A stretch of DNA of 20,854 bases from NCBI GenBank assembly GCA_050331235.1, contig JBHJHA010000028.1:1-20854 (forward strand). The letters run 5' to 3'. The stretch's first letter is position 1; every line of letters begins with the position of its first letter. The DNA is from Leptolyngbyaceae cyanobacterium (GTDB taxonomy: Bacteria; Cyanobacteriota; Cyanobacteriia; Phormidesmidales; Phormidesmidaceae). Positions 10,055-17,681 of this stretch are shown here, piece by piece. The notes beneath the pieces were generated by a model. It ran no database searches. It saw nothing but the letters and a program-made list of their open reading frames with translations, and was not told where the DNA came from. Made by a program: the position numbers and the translations under genes.

Positions 10055-10744
10055 TTAAGCGGGCACCTGACTCAAGAGCTTAACAATCGCCTCGGCGATC
10101 GGTGCCGACGATGGGGGGTTTTGTCCCGTCACGAGCTTGCCATCAGTCACAACATGGGGTTCGAAGGTTTCTGCCTGACTAAACTCTCCTCCCAGCTCTC
10201 GCATCCGAGTTTCCAGGGCAAAGGGCACGACTTGGTCAAGCTCAACTGCTTTTTCTTCAGCATTGGTAAAGCCGGTCACCTGCTTGCCTTGGAGGATGGA
10301 ATGCCCCTCGGGGGTCTGGGCCTTAACCAATGCCGCGGGACCGTGGCAAACTGCACCAATCACTTTGTCTTGACTATAAAACGCCTCAACCAGCTTGGCA
10401 CAGGCATCGCTGTTAGCAAGATCCCACATGGGGCCGTGTCCCCCGGGAAAAAACAAGGCATCGGTATCGGCGACGCTAATCTGCTCTAGGCGGATGGGGT
10501 TCGATAGCTTCGCTTGGGCTGCCGCATCGTTTTGAAAACGCTTGGTCACTTCAGTCTGGCTTTCCGATGATTGGCTGCGGGGATCAATCGGCGGTTGCCC
10601 CGGCGCCGGAGCGGCGATCACGACATCAGCCCCCGCATCAACGAATGCGTAGTAAGGAGCCGCGAACTCTTCGAGCCAAAAACCTGTCTTTTCCCCGGTA
10701 TTTCCCAACTCGCTGTGGGAAGTCAGCACCATGGCAATTCGCAT
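10055..10744 (-). CDS. DJ-1/PfpI (Hsp31-like) type 1 glutamine amidotransferase domain protein
   Basis: VLTSH..LG.TG.KTGFWLEEFAAPYY, FPGGHGPMWDL, GAVCHGPAAL, VTGQNP. ATG at 10744 has a GAGGA RBS. Confidence 0.92.
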   Translation of the reverse strand: MRIAMVLTSHSELGNTGEKTGFWLEEFAAPYYAFVDAGADVVIAAPAPGQPPIDPRSQSSESQTEVTKRFQNDAAAQAKLSNPIRLEQISVADTDALFFPGGHGPMWDLANSDACAKLVEAFYSQDKVIGAVCHGPAALVKAQTPEGHSILQGKQVTGFTNAEEKAVELDQVVPFALETRMRELGGEFSQAETFEPHVVTDGKLVTGQNPPSSAPIAEAIVKLLSQVPA

Positions 10745-10855
10745 TGAGGTTTCCTCTAAAACTGTGGAGTGAGCATCGACATCGCTTTCACTGTAGGCAG
10801 CACTGCCACGATCGCCCTCCATCAGCAGGGCTAAATTGAGTCTTGATGCCGACAA

Positions 10856-11335
10856 CTAACGGGGGTGTTGGAGCGCGCGTTTTTCAAAATATTGCTGATG
10901 GTCGTCAGAGGCTCGCCAATAAGTGTCCGCCGGCTCAATCTGGGTCACAATCGCCTTTTCATATTTCCCCGACTGCTCCAGCGCCGCTTTTGAAGCTTGG
11001 GCGAGCGCCCCCTGCTCGGGGGTGTGATAAAAAATCACCGAACGATACTGATTGCCGCGATCGGCCCCCTGCCGGTTGAGGCTAGTAGGGTCATGACATT
11101 GCCAGAACGTTTCAAGCAAGGCCTCGTAAGTAATCTTGGCGGGGTCATAGCTCACCTGGGCAACTTCGGCATGGCCGGTAATCCGCGACAGTACATCGAG
11201 ATAGCACGGATTTTCAAAATGTCCGCCCATGTAGCCGACTGACGTGTCAATCACCCCTAACAGCCTGCGAAAGGTTGCCTCGGTGCCCCAAAAGCAGCCC
11301 GCCCCAAATGTTGCGATCGCACCAGCATCATCCAT
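10856..11335 (-). CDS. msrA: Peptide-methionine (S)-S-oxide reductase
   Basis: GAGCFWG, GYMGG, TGHAE, HDPT..NRQG.D.G.QYRS, HQQY motifs. Confidence 0.96.
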   Translation of the reverse strand: MDDAGAIATFGAGCFWGTEATFRRLLGVIDTSVGYMGGHFENPCYLDVLSRITGHAEVAQVSYDPAKITYEALLETFWQCHDPTSLNRQGADRGNQYRSVIFYHTPEQGALAQASKAALEQSGKYEKAIVTQIEPADTYWRASDDHQQYFEKRALQHPR

Positions 11336-11616
11336 TAAACGAAAGAAAATTTACGGCTAACGTCTTAATTATCACCGATACCTGAAGCGCGCGGCCCGTT
11401 ACCTGGCCTTTATCATTCTGACAGGGCGATCGCCCAACTCTCATCAAGATTTCTCAAACCAACTTCGCCGCATCTGTGTCAAAGTGACCAATAGTAAAGC
11501 TGCCAAATTCTCATTGTGTTTAGCTTTGACCACCACCCACGGACCTTACCACCAGAGTCTGCCAAAAGTGTGATTGCCGTTACGAAATAAGTTTGTCACG
11601 CTTTGAAGTGGGCATT

Positions 11617-12804
11617 ATGAAACTGTCCAGTGAGGCAACTGCCATGTCACGATCTCGACAATCTTGGATGCAGCATCAGCGCGGGCGATATCTACTACGG
11701 CGTGGACTCAATCTGGCGCAGCAGGGCAACTACCAATCAGCCATTACAGCACTGACAACAGCGCTTACTTACCATTCCCAACCGGCAACCATCCTGCTTA
11801 AGCGAGGAGATATCTACTTACAGCAAAATGCATTTGCTGCGGCGCTGGCTGACTTTAACCGCGCGATCGCCCTAGAACCCGAAAACGTCACTGTCTACGG
11901 CTATCGCGGCTTGGTCCGCTGTCAGCTCGACGACTGGGCAGGAGCCTTGGCCGACTGGTCCTACGCGCTAACTTTGCACCCCCGTGAGGCCACCATTCGC
12001 TACAATCGGGCCTTGCTGTTGACCCATCAAGAGCAGTTTGCAGCAGCCTTAGTTGACTTTGATGTTGCCCTAACTGTCAATCCATTGCTGGCAGAGGCCT
12101 ACCTGCACCGTGGCAAAGTCAAGCAGCAGTTGGGCGACCACAACGGAGCTATCAAAGACTGGGAACTAGCTTTATGTAACGATCTGCGCCTTAGTGAGGC
12201 GCGTCAGCTCCTGATAGAAAATCAAGAGGCGTCTTCCACCCTCCTGCTACAGGAACAATTCCAAGACTTGCTGCCGGAAGGATTTTCCGTCGTGGCTGAG
12301 CAACAGGGCAAGCAGTTGACGCTCACGCTCCAACGTCCTGTTGGGACACCGGTCAATTACTTTAAGTTGCCCAATGCCCTCCGAGATCGCCTAGTTGAGC
12401 TGCAGCTACCAGAAGTCCGCCGTTTTCGATTAGTTGCCAAAGCAGGTGGCTCCTCCCTCTCGGAATGGGACCAGACCTATGGCATTTATGACAAAGCCCC
12501 CTGTCCGCCGTCTCGGTGGCGAGCTGCGGTAGCCACAACGGTACTGCTGTTTCCACCCTTTGGGGTTCTGGCTTTAGTTTTAGCCGCCCAGGTGAAGCCA
12601 GCTTATCGCCGGGGAGACTATCCCATTGCAGCGCGAGCTTCCCAAGCCGTGCAAAAGCTCTGTCTCAGCAGCGGTGCCATCATGGGAGTCATGCTGTTTG
12701 GGCTCGCGAGCTACGGCGTCCATACCTACGTGGAGGGAGAATATCCCAACCCTGGTGCCAAGACGGCCTTCGTGGAATCAGAGGAAGCTGATCAGAAGCT
12801 TTGA
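11617..12804 (+). CDS. TPR-repeat protein with C-terminal CD225/dispanin-like membrane domain
   Basis: About 5 TPR units (A.ADF..A+.L.P pattern). C-terminal PPSRW..AVATTVLLFPPFGVLALVLAAQV...YRRGDY..A..AS..VQKL followed by a second TM fits CD225. Start uncertain (11593, 11617 or 11644). Confidence 0.8.
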   Translation: MKLSSEATAMSRSRQSWMQHQRGRYLLRRGLNLAQQGNYQSAITALTTALTYHSQPATILLKRGDIYLQQNAFAAALADFNRAIALEPENVTVYGYRGLVRCQLDDWAGALADWSYALTLHPREATIRYNRALLLTHQEQFAAALVDFDVALTVNPLLAEAYLHRGKVKQQLGDHNGAIKDWELALCNDLRLSEARQLLIENQEASSTLLLQEQFQDLLPEGFSVVAEQQGKQLTLTLQRPVGTPVNYFKLPNALRDRLVELQLPEVRRFRLVAKAGGSSLSEWDQTYGIYDKAPCPPSRWRAAVATTVLLFPPFGVLALVLAAQVKPAYRRGDYPIAARASQAVQKLCLSSGAIMGVMLFGLASYGVHTYVEGEYPNPGAKTAFVESEEADQKL

Positions 12805-12977
12805 AGCTAGCAAGCTTGACGACTTCCCAATCAGCCAAGGGGGAAACAACTGGTAAAACAGGCACTGGCAGAATCAGGAGAAGTCCTTGAAGCTAGATCT
12901 GCCTCTTTTCATCCTCGGCGAGTCTCCTATTGACCGCCCCTGCGCTCAAACATTCTGATTGGGAGTCCAGATAGAAA

Positions 12978-13011
12978 CTCCTCCTGGCAATCAAGCGATC
13001 GCCAGGAGGAG
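12978..13011 (-). terminator. 11-bp inverted repeat hairpin, likely terminator of the small peptide gene
   Basis: CTCCTCCTGGC-N12-GCCAGGAGGAG, followed by TTTCTAT on the minus strand. It lies 49 nt past the peptide stop, between convergent genes. Confidence 0.6.
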
Positions 13012-13060
13012 GGGAGTGTAATAAACAATTGCTGAGGAAAGGCAAAAATCGGTTTTAGAT

Positions 13061-13240
13061 TCAAGCAGTATAAACTGCATCTTTGTCGAGGTTCTCGCGA
13101 CGCAGTTCATCAAAATCAACGGCGTCCTTGTCCAAATTCTCCTGACGTAATTCATCAAAGTCAACTGCGGCATAAGTAGCCGGAGCAATGGCGATTGTCA
13201 CTGCGGTTAAGGCGGTGAGGGCAAGTGCAAGGCGTTTCAT
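13061..13240 (-). CDS. 59-aa secreted small protein with two tandem 15-aa repeats (absent from ORF track)
   Basis: Manual translation: MKRLALALTALTAVTIAIAPATYA-AVDFDELRQENLDKD-AVDFDELRRENLDKD-AVYTA*. AGGAG RBS just upstream, Sec-type signal peptide, and repeat copies that differ mostly by synonymous changes. Confidence 0.85.
   Translation of the reverse strand: MKRLALALTALTAVTIAIAPATYAAVDFDELRQENLDKDAVDFDELRRENLDKDAVYTA
13073..13168 (-). repeat. 45-bp coding tandem repeat, 2 copies plus a partial third
   Basis: GCAGTTGACTTTGATGAATTACGTCAGGAGAATTTGGACAAGGAC / GCCGTTGATTTTGATGAACTGCGTCGCGAGAACCTCGACAAAGAT / GCAGTT. Confidence 0.9.
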
Positions 13241-13631
13241 AATTTGAACTCCTGTCGCTTGAGCGACTTAATCATCTTGATTTCTATATTGGAGCTCGTT
13301 CCTGAAGCTGCCCTGACCGCCAAATAAGCTATCCCTAATCGGTTCTTGAGAAAGCTGAGCGATCGCTGACTACAACCTGGACACACCCGTTGATATAGCA
13401 GAGGGCCGGAAGGTGGCGGGGCAAAAGTGTAGAGGCGGCTCTCGCCGCAGGTGACCATCGATTGCAACTGACTTCGGTTAGCAATCAGTTTGAACAGCAT
13501 CCGTCCGAACGGTCTAGCAAACAGAAACCGTAGGAAGCCTGAGCCGCAAATGGCACTGCGCCCAAGTCGGCCTTTGAAGACATATCCGCAGTCACCTTTG
13601 TCACGATTTCAGATGCCCGCGAAATCGGAGA

Positions 13632-15083
13632 TTATTCGCGATCGCGATTGCGCAGGGCTTTAGCTTTCACCGCCAAATCCCGGAAAAAGTCAGTGTCGAC
13701 GATTTCTTTGACCTGCTGGTTACGCTTATTCTCATCGATTTCGACCCGTAGCTTTTGCACCTGGAGTCGGAGCCGCTGTTCTCGCTGTTGCACCTCTGCC
13801 GCCATTTTTTGAAAAATGCGGGCCAACTGGCCAATTTCATCCTGACGGGTGCTCGCCGCCTCCAACTGCTGTGGATCGAAAGCGTTAACTTCAATATCTG
13901 CAGCAGCCTGAGCAATATTCATAATCGGCCGGGCAACCAGGCGCTCCGCCAAAAAAATGGCTACGACAGCAATCCCCCCGGTAAATATGACTACTCCAGC
14001 TAGGAGTCGTCGCTTATTACGATCAATGCTGGCCGTATAAGTCGATTCAGGAATCACAGTGCCCACTGTCCAGTCTAGTTGGCCCAGCGGAGTCAGAAAA
14101 ATGTGATAGACCTCTCCAGAAACGGGCTCTGTGTGGATATAGCGCTGCCACGCCTCCAAAGAGATCGTGTCAAATTCTTGGTTTTCCAACACTTCGCTGG
14201 CGTAGCGCAATAAGGGATTACTAACCGCTGAAAATTGAGTGAGGTCAGCAGTAGCTCCGGCCGACGTTTGATCTGGCGTGACTTCAGCTTTGTCGCTGGA
14301 GGCAATCAGCTCCTGTTGAGAATTAATGATAAAAGTCTCACCAGGGCGATCGCCCTGCAATTGTTCTAAATAATCGGAAAGCTGATTGAGTTCGATCCCC
14401 ACTCCAATTACTCCCTGGAGCTCGTCGCCAGACTCGACGGCCTTCGTCATGTCGATCCCCGGTGTTCCGGTAGAGCGATAGACATACACCGTCCAAGAGC
14501 GCTGGTCGCCGCTGGAGGCAGCACCCTGATACCACGGTCTTTCTGGCGCGTAGTAGGGCGGGCTCATCTCATAGGTACGGTTCTCGATGAATGTCAAGTC
14601 TTCATTATTGAGGCGGTAGGTATTGACCGTGGCCAGCGTCGTATCTGACTCGGCGTCCCAGTCGCGATCGTGGTAGTGCAGCTCACTATCACTGATCCGC
14701 TGGGCTCCTAAAAAGTCTCCGTTAGCATCGCCATATTGCACCCAGGTAAACGCGGGCGCGGCAGCCAACAAATTAAGAAAAAAGAATTCGCGATTTTGCG
14801 CATCGGATAAATCTAACAAACCTTTGCTGAGGCTAGATTCAATTAACTGCTGGGCTGATTCGGCATTGCTAAATAAGCGTTCAACCTCCTTAGTCGTACC
14901 GACAGCAATTTCCTTATTGGTCTGGTCAACAATCGTGTTGATGTTGCGTTTAGAAATCCAAGACCAGGGAAGATATACCATGGCGGCTGTCGCTGTCACC
15001 GTCAACAACATCGCACTGAGTAGAGTCGCCTTGAGGCTCAGTGAGGGACGAGTTTTCGGCAGTAAGGAAGCGTTGCGGGTCAT
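13632..15083 (-). CDS. Membrane sensor: TM - dCache-like periplasmic domain - TM - HAMP - short coiled-coil tail
   Basis: TM1 (LLSAMLLTV...), Cache motif YYAPERPWYQGA, GVIGVGIEL..LS.YL, WTVGTVIPES, TM2, HAMP (RPI...RQDEIGQLARIFQKM). No kinase, MCP or cyclase domain. ATG at 15083 preferred. Confidence 0.85.
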   Translation of the reverse strand: MTRNASLLPKTRPSLSLKATLLSAMLLTVTATAAMVYLPWSWISKRNINTIVDQTNKEIAVGTTKEVERLFSNAESAQQLIESSLSKGLLDLSDAQNREFFFLNLLAAAPAFTWVQYGDANGDFLGAQRISDSELHYHDRDWDAESDTTLATVNTYRLNNEDLTFIENRTYEMSPPYYAPERPWYQGAASSGDQRSWTVYVYRSTGTPGIDMTKAVESGDELQGVIGVGIELNQLSDYLEQLQGDRPGETFIINSQQELIASSDKAEVTPDQTSAGATADLTQFSAVSNPLLRYASEVLENQEFDTISLEAWQRYIHTEPVSGEVYHIFLTPLGQLDWTVGTVIPESTYTASIDRNKRRLLAGVVIFTGGIAVVAIFLAERLVARPIMNIAQAAADIEVNAFDPQQLEAASTRQDEIGQLARIFQKMAAEVQQREQRLRLQVQKLRVEIDENKRNQQVKEIVDTDFFRDLAVKAKALRNRDRE

Positions 15084-15894
15084 GGGGCAGAGCAATGATG
15101 GTCCGTTGAGCGAGCAAGCAACCGGCGATCGCACAGACGCTCTATGAAAATGCTACCGGGTACAAAGAATGACTGAGTTTGATTTGAGCGGGAGGAGACG
15201 ACCCTTTTCCCTTCATATCTCGTTATTAAAACTGGTGCCTACACTGCGGCTACGAATGGGATGTTGCCTAACGATTTACGCCAGCCCCTCAATGGGTAGA
15301 GATAACTTGAAGCCTGGAGTTTGTTCCATTCACTCTGTAAGAACGGCATGCAACCTTATCTTGCCCAATCATGCGCTGAGTTCATAGTTGTCATATACCA
15401 ACACTGCAAAGTCTTCATAAAGACCGGCTTCATCACCCTGACTGCGCTTTTTCTTAGCTTAAGCCTTTTTATTTAGGATTTAGGAGGCTACGGCGCTTTC
15501 TAACAGGTTCGTAGGTGGGTCACATCCTAGTTAGATTTGTTACTCACTGACCAGTTAGCGTTTTCGGCCTGTCACGCGGGGCTTCCGTCACCTTTTTCCA
15601 GCTCGGGATTAACGGGTTAGTCATGAGTCTCTATTTCTACAGAAGAGAAAATCGCGAACGCGATACCCCGCCCCTATCCACAAATTGCTCTTTCTCGAGG
15701 TTTAAGGTGAGCATTCCAAGCCGCGATCACCAGCGCTATTTGTCGAGTTGGCCGAGTTGGAATCAGGCAGATTTGCGGTGATTTCCCGAACTGCTTGGGT
15801 ATTCTAATGTCAGCCATACCGTTGAAGTCGGCTCGGCACCGTAATTTCGGCACCGCGTTCTATTAAATTAGCAATCCACTTGGGGAGTTTGAGA

Positions 15895-16788
15895 ATGGCT
15901 GCTGCTCAGTCCAGAAAAGCAAGTAAAGCAAAAATGTTGGTCGTCGACGATGAGCCCGATAATCTAGATTTGCTCTATCGGACCTTCAGACGAGACTTTA
16001 ACGTTTTGCGTGCTGAAAGTGGTCTACAAGCCCTCGAAGTGTTATCTACTCAAGGTGAGGTAGCAGTCATCATTTCTGACCAGCGGATGCCGGAAATGAA
16101 AGGGACAGAGTTTTTAAGCAAGACTGTTCCTGAGTTCCCCGATACTGTCCGGATTATCCTGACTGGCTTTACCGACGTAGAGGACTTGGTCGATGCGATT
16201 AATGCTGGACAGGTCTATCGTTACATCACCAAACCGTGGAATCCGACCGAACTCAAGTTGGTAGTTGACCAAGCAGCCAGCACCTATGAGCTGCTTAAGC
16301 AACGGGGTGAAGCCATTAATTTACTGCAAAACCAGCAGTGGTTGGTCATGGAGATGGTTCAGATTGCCCAAGCCCATCAAAATATGGTGGCGGCCTTGCC
16401 GGCGATCGCTACGATATTGCAAAAGGTGACTGGAGCTACCGGAGTGGCTGTGCACACAGTCGCCCAGTCTGTGTTGGCAGGCGATGTCGGGACGGCTGGG
16501 GAAGTCGTGTCCAGTTTGCTCAAACAAGATCCGTTGGTAGCTGAGGCGATTACCTCATTAGAGCTGAAGTATATTGCCAACGCCAGCCGAATCGTCGACG
16601 CGGATACCAGAGCTGCATACGAAGCAGCAGGAGTACAAGCCCACGGAGTTATCCCTGTGATTTTTCGCGGCGAGGTGATTGCGGTGGTTTCTCTACAGTG
16701 GTCAACGCCGCAGGAATTCTCTCAGCACAGCCAGGACTTTATTAAGCTAGCAGCTCAGCAAGTGGCTCTGACCGTGGCCTGTCTGTAA
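15895..16788 (+). CDS. Response regulator: receiver domain + GAF-like domain
   Basis: LVVDDEPDN, IISDQRMP (phospho-Asp), ILTGF, YITKPW. C-terminal GVQAHGVIPVIFRGEVIAVVSLQ...F...IKLAAQQVALTV is GAF-like. ATG at 15895 follows GGGAG. Confidence 0.9.
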   Translation: MAAAQSRKASKAKMLVVDDEPDNLDLLYRTFRRDFNVLRAESGLQALEVLSTQGEVAVIISDQRMPEMKGTEFLSKTVPEFPDTVRIILTGFTDVEDLVDAINAGQVYRYITKPWNPTELKLVVDQAASTYELLKQRGEAINLLQNQQWLVMEMVQIAQAHQNMVAALPAIATILQKVTGATGVAVHTVAQSVLAGDVGTAGEVVSSLLKQDPLVAEAITSLELKYIANASRIVDADTRAAYEAAGVQAHGVIPVIFRGEVIAVVSLQWSTPQEFSQHSQDFIKLAAQQVALTVACL

Positions 16789-16889
16789 CAGAGGAAAAAT
16801 GTGCTGCTGGAGTCTGATTGGTCGGCGATCGCGATAAGGTCATAGGGAATCATCATTCTTAGCTACGATTTACCCTTGCAGTAACCTTT

Positions 16890-17603
16890 TTGCTTGTGTC
16901 AGCTTCGTCCCCTTCCGCCCAAGAGATTCAACAACTATTTGATCGGATTGCCCCGGTCTACGACGACTTCAATCAACAGTTGAGCTTGGGGTTACACCAG
17001 GTTTGGAAACAGATGGCCGTTGATTGGTGCGACGCTCAAACTGGCGATACTTGTTTGGATGTCTGCTGTGGCAGCGGCGATTTGGCGCTCCTGTTAGCGC
17101 ATCGCGTCGGAACCACAGGACAAGTCTATGGATTAGACTTTGCAGCGGCGCAACTGGCGATCGCCCGGCAAAAAGCGGCGGCTAAAGCCCGACTATCGGC
17201 AGTGCACTGGATCGAAGGAGATGCCTTGGCTCTCCCCTTTGAGGATAACCAGTTTGATGCCGTAACCATGGCCTATGGCTTACGCAACCTGACTAACCTT
17301 TCCCAGGGCTTATCGGAAATTCGGCGGGTGCTCAAGCCCGACGCTAAGGCGGCCATTTTAGATTTTCATCGCCCGGCTTCCCAGTGGCTGCAGCAGTTTC
17401 AACAGTGGTATTTAGCCACGGTGGTTGTCCCCGCGGCCCAGCGCTGCGGTCTGACAGAAGAATATGCCTATATTGCCCCCAGTGTTGATCGCTTTCCGGC
17501 CGGTGCTGAGCAGGTGAGTCTGGCTCGCACCGTAGGATTTACAGCGGCGACCCATTTTCCGTTGGCCGGTGGGTTAATGGGAACCCTTGTTATCACTAAA
17601 TAA
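16890..17603 (+). CDS. menG: Demethylphylloquinol / demethylmenaquinone methyltransferase (UbiE/MenG family)
   Basis: FDRIAPVYD..N..LSLGLH, LDVCCGSGDL, GDALALPF, YGLRN, RVLKP, LDF. Start is TTG 16890 or GTG 16896. Confidence 0.92.
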   Translation: MLVSASSPSAQEIQQLFDRIAPVYDDFNQQLSLGLHQVWKQMAVDWCDAQTGDTCLDVCCGSGDLALLLAHRVGTTGQVYGLDFAAAQLAIARQKAAAKARLSAVHWIEGDALALPFEDNQFDAVTMAYGLRNLTNLSQGLSEIRRVLKPDAKAAILDFHRPASQWLQQFQQWYLATVVVPAAQRCGLTEEYAYIAPSVDRFPAGAEQVSLARTVGFTAATHFPLAGGLMGTLVITK

Positions 17604-17681
17604 ACGATTTGAGGCTCCCCTTAATAAACCCCAGTGGGCGGAGAGCCTACATTCAAAAAACTGGTTGCGCATCTTCCAGGA

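Noticed and set aside
10745..10855. TTG-start 37-aa extension of DJ-1/PfpI
   Set aside because: The ATG at 10744 has a good RBS and family similarity begins there.
13073..13168. Repeat as a possible CRISPR mini-array
   Set aside because: Copies are contiguous with no spacers, vary at synonymous codon positions, and no cas genes are present.
12991..13188. 65-aa ORF from the track
   Set aside because: It is an alternate frame of the 59-aa peptide gene. The repeat is conserved at protein level only in the 13061..13240 frame.
13237..13500. 87-aa ORF overlapping the peptide start (ATGA-type overlap)
   Set aside because: No recognisable motif or RBS, and it runs across the probable promoter/UTR. 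Not fully excluded.
15169..15387. 72-aa intergenic ORF
   Set aside because: No clear RBS or domain features, and the composition is not protein-like.
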